This document shows, piece after piece, positions 28,846-39,449 of a stretch of DNA of 64,000 bases. Source of the stretch: Chthoniobacterales bacterium. Its GTDB lineage: Bacteria; Verrucomicrobiota; Verrucomicrobiia; Chthoniobacterales; Chthoniobacteraceae. Location of the stretch: the NCBI GenBank assembly GCA_038207335.1, contig JBBQZX010000015.1, forward strand, positions 32,001 to 96,000, in the 5' to 3' direction. Position numbers and translations under genes: made by a program. Numbering within the stretch: position 1 is the first letter of the stretch; every line of letters begins with the position of its first letter. The notes below the pieces were generated by a model. That model made no database searches, was not told where the DNA came from, and saw only the letters and a program-made list of their open reading frames with translations.

Positions 28846-30246
28846 CTAAACCGCGGCAGGCTCGACGGTGCTGCGCTTGAGGGAGTGGCGGATGAAATTT
28901 GCGCCGAGGTCCCAGATGGGGCCGGGAAATTTGCGGCAGTCGCTGAGGACGGCATCTAGCGCGTTCACGAAGCGCTCGATTTCGCGTTCGCCGATCGTCA
29001 GTGGCGGGAGGATCTTCACGACGTCCATCGAGTGGCCGGCGATTTGCGTGAGGATGCGGTGCTTTTGAAAGAGCGACGTGACGAGCATCTGCGCGAACAG
29101 TTCGCGCTCCACTTTGTGCAGGAATTTCCAGCCCATCCGCATCGCCATCTCGCGCGGCTCGTGGAACTCGATCGCGAGCATCATGCCCATTCCGCGGACT
29201 TCCTTGATGAGGGAGTGTTTGCTTTTCAGCGCGTCGAGGCGGCGCAGGAGTTCGGCGCCGTTGTCGCGCGCGCGGTCGATGAGTTGCTCGTCGTCGAGGA
29301 CTTGCAGGGTGGCGAGACCGCACGCCATCGCGAGGTTGTTGCGGCCAAAGGTCGAGGAGTGGACGACGCAGCGGTCGAGGCGGCTGAAGGTTTTCTGGTA
29401 GATCGCGCGCCGCGTGATGACGGCGCCGACGGGGACGTATCCGCCGCTGAGCGATTTCGCGACGGTGATGATGTCGGGCTCGAGGTCCCAGTTTTGGAAG
29501 CCCCACCATTTTCCCGTGCGACCGAGGCCGGTCTGCACTTCGTCGCAGACGAGCAGCGTGCCGTATTTGCGGCAGAGCGCCTGGGCGTCGCGGTAGAAGC
29601 TGTCGGCGGGAAAGTTCACGCCTTTTCCCTGCACGGGCTCCATGAGAAATGCCGCGACATCGCGCCGCGCGAGCCGCTCCTCGAGCCCAACGAGGTCGCC
29701 CATTTTGATCCGCGCGCAGTTTTCCAAAAGCGGGCCGAAGCCCTCGCGGAAATGCTCGTCGCCCATGACGGAGAGCGCGCCGTTCGAGAGGCCGTGGAAG
29801 GCTTTTTCGATCGAGACGAGGCCCGCGCGGCCGGTCGCGGCGCGGGCGAATTTGATCGCGCCCTCCAGCGACTCGGCGCCGGAGTTGCAGAAGAAAATCG
29901 CGTCGAGATGGGGCGGTGTTTTTTTTAGCAGCGCCTCGGCGAGGAGGCCGCTGAGGAGCGAGCAATCCATCTGCACCATGTTCGGCAAATCCAGCGCAAG
30001 CACGTCGCGGATGGCGGTCTGCACGGCAGGGTGATTGCGCCCGATATTGAAGACGCTGTAGCCGCTGAGGAAGTCCAGGTAGTCGTGCCCGTCGCGGTCG
30101 AAAAGGTACGCGCCCTGCGCCCGCGCATAGACTTGGTCGAAGCCGATGATGCGCTGGACTTTCACCAGCGTCGGGTTGAGGTGCTTTTCGTGGAGCGTGT
30201 AATTTTCGCCCATGCGCGCGGCGATGAGCGCGGGCAGGTCTAGCAT
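28846..30246 (-). CDS. hpnO: Class III aminotransferase, aminobacteriohopanetriol synthase-like
   Basis: DFLSGYSVFNIGRNHP, DEVQTGLGRTG, AKSLSGG, CVVHSSTFG; overlaps the end of shc. Confidence 0.82.
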   Translation of the reverse strand: MLDLPALIAARMGENYTLHEKHLNPTLVKVQRIIGFDQVYARAQGAYLFDRDGHDYLDFLSGYSVFNIGRNHPAVQTAIRDVLALDLPNMVQMDCSLLSGLLAEALLKKTPPHLDAIFFCNSGAESLEGAIKFARAATGRAGLVSIEKAFHGLSNGALSVMGDEHFREGFGPLLENCARIKMGDLVGLEERLARRDVAAFLMEPVQGKGVNFPADSFYRDAQALCRKYGTLLVCDEVQTGLGRTGKWWGFQNWDLEPDIITVAKSLSGGYVPVGAVITRRAIYQKTFSRLDRCVVHSSTFGRNNLAMACGLATLQVLDDEQLIDRARDNGAELLRRLDALKSKHSLIKEVRGMGMMLAIEFHEPREMAMRMGWKFLHKVERELFAQMLVTSLFQKHRILTQIAGHSMDVVKILPPLTIGEREIERFVNALDAVLSDCRKFPGPIWDLGANFIRHSLKRSTVEPAAV

Positions 30247-32198
30247 TGGTAGCGGCTCGGCTGGTGGAAAAGTCCGCTGCGGTAATTCGCCGCCGTCGCG
30301 AGGGCGAGGAGCGGCCAGTTGTTCCGATACATGTCGTACTTCAAATAGAACACCTTCGGGAAACCCGTGCCTGTCGTCTGCGGCTCGTCCCATGAACCAT
30401 CGCGGTTCTGCGTGCGCGTGAGGTAATCGACTCCGCGGTGGATCGCGGCGCAGTCGGGATCGGTGGCGGCGAGGAGGCCCATCAGTGCCCATGCGGTCTG
30501 CGACGGCGTGCTGTCGCCGATGCCTTTCAGCGTCGGGTCGTCGTACGTCGCGCACGTCTCGCCCCATCCGCCATCCTCATTCTGGCAGCTCGCGAGCCAC
30601 ACGCGCGCGCGCACCACCCAGTCCTGCTGCATGTCCTCGCCGATTGCACGCAGCCCACGCAATACCTGCCAGGTGCCGTAAATGTAGTTCACTCCCCAGC
30701 GGCCGTACCACGAGCCGTCGTCCTCCTGCGTCTCGCGCAGATGCCGCAGCGCTTCCCGCACACACGTGCTGGCGCGGTCGAAGCCCACGTAGCCGAGCAG
30801 TTCCAGCGTCCGCCCCGTCAGGTCGCTGCACGTCGGATCGAGGATCGCGTTGTGATCGGCAAACGGAATGTCCTCCAGCCACCGCTGCGTCACCTCTTTA
30901 TCGAACGCCCCCCAGCCGCCGTCCCGGCACTGAAAGCTCAGCAACCACGGCAGCGCCCGGTCGAACACTTCGCGCAGTTTCCCCTCCTCGCCCACCTTCG
31001 CCAGCCGCAGCGCCATCAGGACCATCGCCGTGTCGTCCGTGTCCGGGTAGTGGACGTTGTTAAATTCAAACGCCCATCCACTCGCTTCGTGGTGCGGATT
31101 CTTCACCCACCAGTCGCTCTTCACCCGCACCTCCTTGCTCACGAGCCACTCCGATCCGCGCCTGACTGCCGGATGATCGGCGGGCATTCCCGATTCCAGC
31201 AGCGCGATTAAATTGATCGCCGTATCCCAGATCGGCGAGAGACACGGCTGGATGCGAAAATCCTGCGGGTCATCCACAAAAAGCCCCTCGAAATCCCGCA
31301 CCGCTTTTTGCAAAAGCGTATTGCTCTCCGGGTATCCCAGCGTCTTCAGCGCGATGATCGCATTCAGCATCGCCGGGAAAACCGCCGCCAGCCCGTCGCT
31401 CCCTTCGCCCATCCGCTCCGTCATCCACTGCTCCGCCTTCTCCAGTGCGAGACGCCGCAGCGGCTTGATCCCCATCACCCGGAACTTCTTGAACACCGAA
31501 TCCACGCGCAGGAAAAAATTCCGCCACGTAAAAAACCGCGCGTCCTGGTCGAGCGAAAGATCCGTCCCCTCAGTCCCCGCCGGGTAAAGCTCGTGCAGAC
31601 ACTTCTCCGCCGGGAGCTGCCGCGTCGGTTTGTGGTGATTGATGATCGCCAGCGGAATCAGCATCGCCCGGCTCCACGACGACATCTCCCACAGGTTAAA
31701 AAACAGCCACTTCGGGAAGAGCATGATCTCCACCGGGATCGTCGGCAGATACTTCCACGGAAACTGCCCGAGCAGCGCCAGATACAGCTTCCCGTAAGTA
31801 TTCATCCGCGGGATCCCGCCCAGTCGCAGAATCACAGCCCGCGCCTCCCCCATCCACGCCTCCCCCGGCTGATGCCCCGCCAGCTTCAGCGCAAAGTAAG
31901 CCTTGATCGACGCATTCACCTCGCTCGGCCCGCCGTGGTAAATATTCCATCCGCCATCCGGCAACTGTCGCGCGCGGATGTGCGCCACGCATTTCTCCTG
32001 CAGCACCAGGTCGATCTTCCCCGCCCAGTGCATGAAAAGGATGTAGTCCGCGCAAAGCGTGCAATCGACCATCAGCTCCCCCACCCAAAACCCCTCCTCA
32101 TGCTGGAGCCGCAGCAAATTCTCCTGCGCCCGGCAAATCGCCGTCTGGATGTCCCGCGGCTCCGTGGCCGCCTTCGCCTCGTTGCCGATTTCCTTCAT
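30240..32198 (-). CDS. shc: Squalene-hopene cyclase
   Basis: YPDTDDTA (DXDD), QW repeats (QLPDGGW, QEDDGSWYGRWG, QNEDGGWGE), TGTGFP. Confidence 0.97.
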   Translation of the reverse strand: MKEIGNEAKAATEPRDIQTAICRAQENLLRLQHEEGFWVGELMVDCTLCADYILFMHWAGKIDLVLQEKCVAHIRARQLPDGGWNIYHGGPSEVNASIKAYFALKLAGHQPGEAWMGEARAVILRLGGIPRMNTYGKLYLALLGQFPWKYLPTIPVEIMLFPKWLFFNLWEMSSWSRAMLIPLAIINHHKPTRQLPAEKCLHELYPAGTEGTDLSLDQDARFFTWRNFFLRVDSVFKKFRVMGIKPLRRLALEKAEQWMTERMGEGSDGLAAVFPAMLNAIIALKTLGYPESNTLLQKAVRDFEGLFVDDPQDFRIQPCLSPIWDTAINLIALLESGMPADHPAVRRGSEWLVSKEVRVKSDWWVKNPHHEASGWAFEFNNVHYPDTDDTAMVLMALRLAKVGEEGKLREVFDRALPWLLSFQCRDGGWGAFDKEVTQRWLEDIPFADHNAILDPTCSDLTGRTLELLGYVGFDRASTCVREALRHLRETQEDDGSWYGRWGVNYIYGTWQVLRGLRAIGEDMQQDWVVRARVWLASCQNEDGGWGETCATYDDPTLKGIGDSTPSQTAWALMGLLAATDPDCAAIHRGVDYLTRTQNRDGSWDEPQTTGTGFPKVFYLKYDMYRNNWPLLALATAANYRSGLFHQPSRYQC

Positions 32199-32211
32199 GA
32201 AAATCGCGCGT

Positions 32212-33507
32212 TCAGGCGGCTGACACCGGCACTGGTTCCGCGGTTTTCTTCCCCGTCAGATGCCCATTCCCGGCGGTCACGCCATTGAACGCCTCCACCA
32301 AATGCCCGTTCCCCGACGGGAGCGGCTTTGGCGCAAAATTGAACCGGATATTCTTCCACGTATCCCCGAATTTCGCCCCGCGTCCCAGCATCGCGCTCGG
32401 CTCATAGCCGCAATGCACCATGCAATTCTCGCAGCGCACATCCTTCGCCACGCCATCCACCACCCCGTAATTGTCCCACTTCACATCCCGCAGCAAATCC
32501 CCATACGTCGGCCAGTGACCGTCCGTCATCAGGTAGCAAGGCCCCTTCCAGCCGCGCACATTCCGCGTCGGGATCGCCCATGCCGAGCACGTCAAATTCC
32601 GCTTCCCCGCGAGGAACTCCAAATAAATCGGCGTCCCGAACAGCGTGTAAGCCTTCCCCCACTTCTCGATATTCTTAAATTTCTCCACCGTCATCGCCCG
32701 CGTCAGGAAGAAATTCTCCGGCTGCAAATCCAGCCGCGTCACCATGTCCTTCTTCGCCGCATCGTACTCGTAGCCGGGCGAAATCGTATGCCCATCGATC
32801 CCCATCTCCGCCAGGAATTCGAACATCTGCTCGATCTCCTCCATGTCCGTTTCCTTGTAAATCGTCGTATTCGTCGCCACCTGATACCCGAGGATCTTCG
32901 CCATCCGCATCGCCAAGACGCACTCCTTAAACACCCCCTCGCGCTCCACGATCAAGTCATGCGTCCGCTCCAAACCGTCCAGATGCACATTCCAGTACAT
33001 CCACATCGACGGTCCGATCACAGGCTTCAGCAGATCCTTCGGCCCCTTCTTGATCTCCTCCAGATCCTTTGCCGACACCAACTCCTCCGCCACCAGCCGC
33101 GCCAGCACTTTATCCAAAAACGCACCCTTCTTCATGTACTCCGACGCCAGCCATTCCCGCATCTTCTTCCGCATGAACATCGCGTTCGTGCAGATATACA
33201 CGATCCGCTTCTGCTCCAGCAGCCCCTCCACCAGCGCCTCGATCTGCGGATAAATCAGCGGCTCTCCCCCGCAGATCGAAATCATCGGCGCATTGCACTC
33301 CTCCGCCGCGCCGAGGCAATCCTCCAGCGGCATCAAATCCTTAATCGACGTCGAGTACTCCCGGATCCGTCCGCAGCCCGTGCAGCTCAGATTGCACGTG
33401 TGCAGCGGCTCCAGTTGCAACACCGTCGCGAACTTCGGCGTGCGCTTGATCTTATGCCCGATGATGTAGGCGGCGATCTTGGCAGTGAGTGGCAGTGGGA
33501 ATCTCAT
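32212..33507 (-). CDS. hpnH: Hopanoid radical SAM adenosyl-hopene synthase
   Basis: LEPLHTCNLSCTGCG, GGEPL, PCYLM, CENCMVHCGYEPS; adjacent to shc. Confidence 0.92.
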   Translation of the reverse strand: MRFPLPLTAKIAAYIIGHKIKRTPKFATVLQLEPLHTCNLSCTGCGRIREYSTSIKDLMPLEDCLGAAEECNAPMISICGGEPLIYPQIEALVEGLLEQKRIVYICTNAMFMRKKMREWLASEYMKKGAFLDKVLARLVAEELVSAKDLEEIKKGPKDLLKPVIGPSMWMYWNVHLDGLERTHDLIVEREGVFKECVLAMRMAKILGYQVATNTTIYKETDMEEIEQMFEFLAEMGIDGHTISPGYEYDAAKKDMVTRLDLQPENFFLTRAMTVEKFKNIEKWGKAYTLFGTPIYLEFLAGKRNLTCSAWAIPTRNVRGWKGPCYLMTDGHWPTYGDLLRDVKWDNYGVVDGVAKDVRCENCMVHCGYEPSAMLGRGAKFGDTWKNIRFNFAPKPLPSGNGHLVEAFNGVTAGNGHLTGKKTAEPVPVSAA

Positions 33508-33679
33508 AGTGTGTGATTGCGAGACTGAAATTTGCGATGAACCGAAGTGCGAGAGCGAGCAACAGAAATGTCATCTCCCCGGGGTGAAAATCGGAGTGAA
33601 ATTCCAGAGTCGAAAATTCGCCGCGATCTTCCGCCACGGAGAAAACATGTCAAGACCGCGGGAGTCCCATATCCCGCCG

Positions 33680-33760
33680 GGGGCCAACGGCCCGCAAACG
33701 AGACAGCCCAGGGCAACGCCCTGGTCACCCCATCAACACAGCCAAAGCCCTGAAAGGGCG
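33680..33760. repeat. Cluster of short palindromes, REP/MITE-like
   Basis: GGGCC-AAC-GGCCC, CCAGGGC-AAC-GCCCTGG, GCCCT-GAA-AGGGC. Confidence 0.6.
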
Positions 33761-33934
33761 AAACACCTTGTCCCGCCCATGGATAGCATTCACCACCTTC
33801 TCTGAACCCCTGAAAACACTCCACTGCCGTATTTCGCCCACCCCAGAGTAACGCCGCACCCGTCGCCCGCCCCGCACATGGAAAGCACACACTCCATGCC
33901 TCCGTTTCACCGATTCCCACGCGGTTTCTCTCAA

Positions 33935-34294
33935 ATGCGGTCCAAGCTGATCATACTCGGTGCTTTCTTTGCGCTCATAGCAATTCTCGTGGTGGCTCGG
34001 CTGGCGTACATCGCTGACAGGACACGCAACGACAAGGTCGTCCAGACGCTCATTGAACTGAGCACGCAAAACCTCCTCCAAGTCACGATTACTCCAGCCC
34101 CATTCAGCCAAAAGCAGTTCCATACGGCTGTTTCGGAAGAGACATCGCTTCACGAGTTGGCGAAACTCCTCAGTCGCTCGGACACACGAGGCGTCGCTGG
34201 TCACGATGGGTCGATTTACGAATGGACAGTGACATTTGCGACCTCCTCGGGTTCCCGTGTTTTTCTGGCATCCGCACACCACAGTGACCCCTAG
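33935..34294 (+). CDS. Hypothetical protein with N-terminal TM helix; atypical codon usage, possibly truncated
   Basis: MRSKLIILGAFFALIAILVV; more A/T-ending codons than its neighbours. Confidence 0.45.
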   Translation: MRSKLIILGAFFALIAILVVARLAYIADRTRNDKVVQTLIELSTQNLLQVTITPAPFSQKQFHTAVSEETSLHELAKLLSRSDTRGVAGHDGSIYEWTVTFATSSGSRVFLASAHHSDP

Positions 34295-34621
34295 GACGCC
34301 CATCTTTCCGACACCTTCTGGACTCCCAACGCCGACGGCACTTACTCCCGCACCCTACCTACAAGCGTGCGGGTCCCCGCCTTGGGCCGCTGGCTCATCA
34401 CCCACGAACCGGAGGGAAGGCGATGATGCGGAACGGCAACTCACGATTTTTTCCAACGAAGCGTCGCCAAGTCATGCGCCACAGCGAAGAGCTGAAGTCG
34501 GCGATGGCTTGCGATTTTCACTCCTGCCCGTGCCTTCGCTCAGCCATCCCAGGCTTTTAGCTGATCCGCTCGGGGGTGATTTTCGCGGGGCTCCGGCAGG
34601 GCTGAGTGGCCGAAATCCGGT

Positions 34622-35989
34622 TCAGGCTGGCTCGACGACGACTCGCGAGCCTTCGATTTGCACGATCTGGACGGGCGCTTCGGCGGGGATGTATTCGCCG
34701 CGGGAGACGACATCGACGAGTTGTTCGCCGAAGATGGCTTTGCCGCTTGGGCGCAGGGTGGTGCGCGCAATGCCTGTCATCCCGGCGGCGATGGCGAGGA
34801 CGGCGCTGGAGACCGGCAGGGGGATGGAGGAGGGGACCGTGGCGCCGAGGACGATGCGGTGGTAAAAGGGGGTGTTCGGGAGGTATTTCGCGAGGAAGTA
34901 GGCGAGGAGGATCGCGGCGCCGAGGGCGACGCCGAGATTGAGGACGGGTCGCAGGAGCATGTCCTGCGTCGGCCAGATGGGCTGGCTCGGCCAGCGATCG
35001 ATCATGGCGTAGATGAGAGAGGAGATCATGAGCATGACGCCGACGATGCCGGGCGCGACGGTGCCGGGGTGGATGATGAGTTCGCCCAAGACGAGGGCGA
35101 GCCCGAGCGCAAAGCAAACCGATGCCTCCCATCCGGCGAGCCCGGCGATGTAGTGCCCGGCAAAGAAGAGGAAAAAGCAGATGATGGAGCTGACGCCGAA
35201 GATGCCGAAGCCGGGGATTTTAAACTCGATGTATCCGCAGATGATGCCGCCGAGGAGCAGCAGTGGCGCGAGGGTGGTGATCCAAAATGCGAGCCGCTCG
35301 AAGCCGGTCGGCGAGACGGTGCGCACGATGCCCGTGAGGCCCTCCTTTTTCAGCATGTCCTCGACGGAAGTCGCGATGCCCGTGGCGAGCAGCGGCTTGC
35401 CGTCGTAAACGCGCGCGGCTTCTTCCGCGCTGAGCGTGAGGAGGGAGTCGCTGCCGTCGATGACGACGTCGCCGATCTTGAGCTCCTTTTCTTTTTTGAT
35501 GAACGCGTCGGCGACTTCCGGACGGTGGCCGTTTTTCTGCGCAGCGGCTCTGGCGATGGCTGACATGGCGGAGGAGGTCTTGTCGGCCATGGTCTTCGCG
35601 AGGTCCGCGCCGCTGGAATCCACGGGGGCGGCTGCGCCGATGGCGGCAGTGGGCGACATGTAGATCTTCTGCGTGGCGAGCGCGATGAGAGCGCCCGCGG
35701 AAAGCGCGCGGCCATCGACGAAGGTGTAGGTGGGCACGGTCGTTTTGAGCAGGGCGTTCATGTTGTCGATGGCGGCCATCACCTCCCCGCCGTTGGTCGC
35801 CATATCGATGACGAAGGCGCTCGCGTGATCGCGCTCAGCGGTCTTCAGCGCGCGCCGCAGGAAGTAGAATTGTGCCTCCGAGACCTCGCTCTTCAGCGGC
35901 ACGACATAGACCGGACCGACCTCCGCGGCGGAGGCGAAGACGGACGACAGCACGAGCACGAACAGCCACCAGCAGCGGTGATATTTCAT
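34622..35989 (-). CDS. nfeD: NfeD long form (ClpP-class protease domain, TM region, OB-fold)
   Basis: [49 protein letters not shown]. Confidence 0.88.
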   Translation of the reverse strand: MKYHRCWWLFVLVLSSVFASAAEVGPVYVVPLKSEVSEAQFYFLRRALKTAERDHASAFVIDMATNGGEVMAAIDNMNALLKTTVPTYTFVDGRALSAGALIALATQKIYMSPTAAIGAAAPVDSSGADLAKTMADKTSSAMSAIARAAAQKNGHRPEVADAFIKKEKELKIGDVVIDGSDSLLTLSAEEAARVYDGKPLLATGIATSVEDMLKKEGLTGIVRTVSPTGFERLAFWITTLAPLLLLGGIICGYIEFKIPGFGIFGVSSIICFFLFFAGHYIAGLAGWEASVCFALGLALVLGELIIHPGTVAPGIVGVMLMISSLIYAMIDRWPSQPIWPTQDMLLRPVLNLGVALGAAILLAYFLAKYLPNTPFYHRIVLGATVPSSIPLPVSSAVLAIAAGMTGIARTTLRPSGKAIFGEQLVDVVSRGEYIPAEAPVQIVQIEGSRVVVEPA

Positions 35990-36080
35990 TTGCAAAAAGC
36001 GTCCACCCGCCCGCACTCGCGCTCAAGGGGAATCGCGCACGGCTTGGCATCGGCCCGCCGCGCGCTACGCTCCCGCCGCC

Positions 36081-37190
36081 ATGCACGATCCCCGCTTTGA
36101 CAAACTCGCACGCATCCTCGTCACCCACTCCACGCGTCTCGCGAAGGGCGAGCACGTGCTCATCGATGCGTTCGACATTCCCGACGAGATGACTGTGGCG
36201 CTCGTCCGCGCCGCCCGCGATGCCGGAGCCGTGCCGCTCGTGCAGATTCATCACGCCCGCGTCGCCCGCGAGATGGCGCTCGGCGCGCAAGAATCCGCGC
36301 TGGAACTGACGAACACGCTGCAACTCGCGCAGATGAAAAAGATGGCCGCCTACATCGCCGTGCGCGGCGGGCAGAACATCACCGAGATGTCCGATGTGCC
36401 GCCGGAGAAAATGAAACTCGTGGGGAAGAAGCTGAAGCCCGTGCTGGACTGGCGCGTCAAGAAAACGCGCTGGTGCGTGCTGCGCTGGCCGTCGTCGTCG
36501 ATGGCGCAGCAGGCGGGGATGAGCACCGAGCAGTTCGAGGATTTTTACTTCAATGTCTGCACGCTCGACTACGCGCGCATGGCGCCCGGCATGAAGGCGC
36601 TGAAGGCGGCGATGGACGGCGCGGATCGCGTGGAGATCCGCGGCCCCGGCACCGACCTGCGATTTTCGATCAAGGGCATCGGCGCGATCACCTGCGGCGG
36701 CACGCACAATATTCCCGACGGCGAGGTTTTCACCGCGCCCGTGCGCGACTCGGTGAATGGGCACATCGCGTTCAATGCCGGCACGATTTATCAAGGCACG
36801 GCGTTCGACGACGTGCGGCTGGAATTCACGAACGGAAAGGTCGTCGGCGCGACGTCGAACCACACGGAGAAGCTCAACGCGATCCTCGACAGCGACGACG
36901 GCGCGCGCTTCATCGGCGAGTTCGCGATCGCCTTCAACCCGCACATCATGCACCCGATGCGAGACATCCTTTTCGACGAGAAGATCAACGGCTCGTTCCA
37001 TTTCACGCCCGGCCAAGCCTACGAAGAGGCCGACAACGGCAACCGCTCGCAAGTCCACTGGGATATGGTGCAAATCCAGCGCCCCGACTACGGTGGCGGC
37101 ACGATCCACTTCGACGGAAAACTCATCCGCGAAAACGGACTGTTTGTCCCGAAAGCGCTCCAGGCCTTGAATCCCGAGCGGCTGAATTAA
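36081..37190 (+). CDS. M29 (AmpS/AmpT) aminopeptidase
   Basis: [42 protein letters not shown]. Confidence 0.92.
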   Translation: MHDPRFDKLARILVTHSTRLAKGEHVLIDAFDIPDEMTVALVRAARDAGAVPLVQIHHARVAREMALGAQESALELTNTLQLAQMKKMAAYIAVRGGQNITEMSDVPPEKMKLVGKKLKPVLDWRVKKTRWCVLRWPSSSMAQQAGMSTEQFEDFYFNVCTLDYARMAPGMKALKAAMDGADRVEIRGPGTDLRFSIKGIGAITCGGTHNIPDGEVFTAPVRDSVNGHIAFNAGTIYQGTAFDDVRLEFTNGKVVGATSNHTEKLNAILDSDDGARFIGEFAIAFNPHIMHPMRDILFDEKINGSFHFTPGQAYEEADNGNRSQVHWDMVQIQRPDYGGGTIHFDGKLIRENGLFVPKALQALNPERLN

Positions 37191-37202
37191 GCCGCCCGCG
37201 CC

Positions 37203-38240
37203 CTACCAGCCGTGCGCGTCGCGGACTTGGATCATCTTTTCCAGGATCGCATTCCACGTCTGCGGCTGCTCCAGCTTCACATTCGGGAACATGCAGCCGT
37301 CCCAGCAAATGTGCTGGATGCCGCGCGCGGGTGCGTCTTTGAGCCAGTAGCCCGCGCACTTCACGATATCGAGTTTGCCATTCGAATCATCCGCCGGGCA
37401 GTGCTTGCCAGTCTTGTCGTGCGCGCCCGCGCCGTGGACTTCGCCGTCATTTTGCGCGACGTGAAAATCGATCGTCCACGGCCGCAGCTTGTCGGTCATC
37501 GTCTCGTAGGCCGCCCAGAATTCCGCATCGCTCGCGCCCGGCTGAAGCAGCGCGTGCTCAGGCGCGTTGTAGCCGAGCAGGTAGAGGTACGTGTGCGCGA
37601 GGTCGGCTTGAAAACCGAGTGTCTCCGGCATCCCGACCGCCTCGAGAAGATCGAGCATGTCCTTCCACGAGTGCATTCCGGCCCAGCAAATCTCCCCCTC
37701 CGCCGCGAGCCGCTCGCCATGCTGCTCCGCGATCTTCGCCGCCTCGCGAAAAGTCTCCGCGATCTTCGCCGTGTTCGCGGCCGGATTTTCGCCCCACTTG
37801 TTCACGCCGAACTCCGCTGAATCGATCCGAATGACGCCATACTTCCGCCCGCCACGTTTGTTGAAAATGCCCGCGATCCGGCACGCCATCTTCACCGCGC
37901 TCAGGAATTTCTCGCGCGCCGCGGCGTCGCCCATCGCCGAGTCGCCGACCGTCCCCGGCCACACCGGCGCGACGAGCGAACCGATCGCGAATCCTTTGCT
38001 GGCGATCAAATCCGCGATGCCCGCGAGTTCGTCATCGCTCGCCTCGGGATTCGTGTGCGGGAGAAAAAGGAAGTAGTCGATCCCGTCAAATTTCTGCCCA
38101 TCCACCTCCGCCGCCGCGGTGAGATCGAGCATTTTCTCGAGGCTGATCGGTGGCTCCTGGCCCTCGGCGTCGCCTTTGCCGACGAGGCCGGGCCACATTG
38201 CGTTGTGAAGTTTCGGGAGGGTATTTGGATGCGTGCTCAT
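37203..38240 (-). CDS. Sugar phosphate isomerase/epimerase (xylose-isomerase-like TIM barrel)
   Basis: [29 protein letters not shown]. Confidence 0.8.
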   Translation of the reverse strand: MSTHPNTLPKLHNAMWPGLVGKGDAEGQEPPISLEKMLDLTAAAEVDGQKFDGIDYFLFLPHTNPEASDDELAGIADLIASKGFAIGSLVAPVWPGTVGDSAMGDAAAREKFLSAVKMACRIAGIFNKRGGRKYGVIRIDSAEFGVNKWGENPAANTAKIAETFREAAKIAEQHGERLAAEGEICWAGMHSWKDMLDLLEAVGMPETLGFQADLAHTYLYLLGYNAPEHALLQPGASDAEFWAAYETMTDKLRPWTIDFHVAQNDGEVHGAGAHDKTGKHCPADDSNGKLDIVKCAGYWLKDAPARGIQHICWDGCMFPNVKLEQPQTWNAILEKMIQVRDAHGW

Positions 38241-38345
38241 GGTGTGAGAATTTGTTGGCTCCGCGTGTGATAATTCAGCGCGGAAAAGAGCGCACTGTCT
38301 GCCGAAACCGTCCCGCACCGACAAGCCCGATTTGAAATCCGCGAG

Positions 38346-39449
38346 TCACTTTCCGAGCCCGACGATCGGTCCCGCGTAACCCGTCAGCTCCAAATACCCA
38401 TGCCCGCGCACCGCTTTTCCGCCGCGCGTGCCGGTTGCTTCGATGAGCCCCTCCCAATACGACACCGGCGGCGCATCGAGTTCCTGCGCCTCGACCGGCG
38501 TGGAAACTTCCAGCGCGAGCGCGAGCGACGGCAGCTCCACCCGCCACGCGATCGGGTAGTTCGCGCCGGTCGCTTTGCTCTTCCAAAATCTCACCGGCGT
38601 GAGCCTGTAGTCGCCGCGCGAAAGGTGCCGGGTCGTGCCATCCGCCGCGATGAATGTGCCGCTGGAAACCGGGTCGATGCTGCCGTCGCGGAGCCGCATT
38701 TGGTAAAGCATCAGTTCGCTCCCGTCATCGAGTTGCAAGCTGAACCAGTCCCATCCAGCCTGCTCCGCTGCGAGCTGATTGCTCGCCCATTCGTGGTCGA
38801 ACCAACTCTCTCCCGTGACCGCAACCGCGCGCCCGCCGAGCGTCACGCTGCCGCCCGTGGTCATCCGCGTGCCGGAATAATAATGCGACGCGTGCCCTGC
38901 TCCCGCGGCCTTCTGGCTCACACCATCTGCGCCGTGAATGGCCCATTGCTTGCCCGACACACACGAAAGATCGACCGCCATTTCCTCGCTCGCCGCGCGC
39001 AGATGAAACGCGCCATCCGCCTCGATCGTGAGCGACCAGTCGTCGATCCACGCGACCTTTCCACTCGCCGAAAAACCCGCCTCGCCAAACGCGCCCCGGC
39101 TCGTTTTCTGGAAAAAGTGAAACCGCTTTCCCCCGACATCGGTCAGCGCGAAATGCGCGAACTTCAAATCATCCACAACGAACCGCGAAGTCGTTCCGCC
39201 GCGCTCTGAAGGTGGCCGGATGCCCTGCCGGAAAAACGTGAGTTCGTATCCCAAGCGCCGCCCACTTTCATCGTGCAGGTCGCCTGTGAAATACCACCAT
39301 TCGGTCTTGAATCCCTCATGCGGCCCGTGATCGCGAGGAAACTCATACTGCCATCCATTCAAGGCAGGAAGCCACTCCGCAGCCGACGCACTCGCAACCG
39401 CTGCGAGAAAAATGCACGCTAGCCAAACAGTCCTGAGCAGCGTTAGCAC
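38346..39449 (-). CDS. CrtC/AttH-like secreted lipocalin-fold protein
   Basis: FPRDHGPH..TEWWYFTG, WFDHEW, GWDWFSLQL, YWEG, GYLELTGY; GTG start overlapping the pfkA stop is inferred. Confidence 0.85.
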   Translation of the reverse strand: MLTLLRTVWLACIFLAAVASASAAEWLPALNGWQYEFPRDHGPHEGFKTEWWYFTGDLHDESGRRLGYELTFFRQGIRPPSERGGTTSRFVVDDLKFAHFALTDVGGKRFHFFQKTSRGAFGEAGFSASGKVAWIDDWSLTIEADGAFHLRAASEEMAVDLSCVSGKQWAIHGADGVSQKAAGAGHASHYYSGTRMTTGGSVTLGGRAVAVTGESWFDHEWASNQLAAEQAGWDWFSLQLDDGSELMLYQMRLRDGSIDPVSSGTFIAADGTTRHLSRGDYRLTPVRFWKSKATGANYPIAWRVELPSLALALEVSTPVEAQELDAPPVSYWEGLIEATGTRGGKAVRGHGYLELTGYAGPIVGLGK

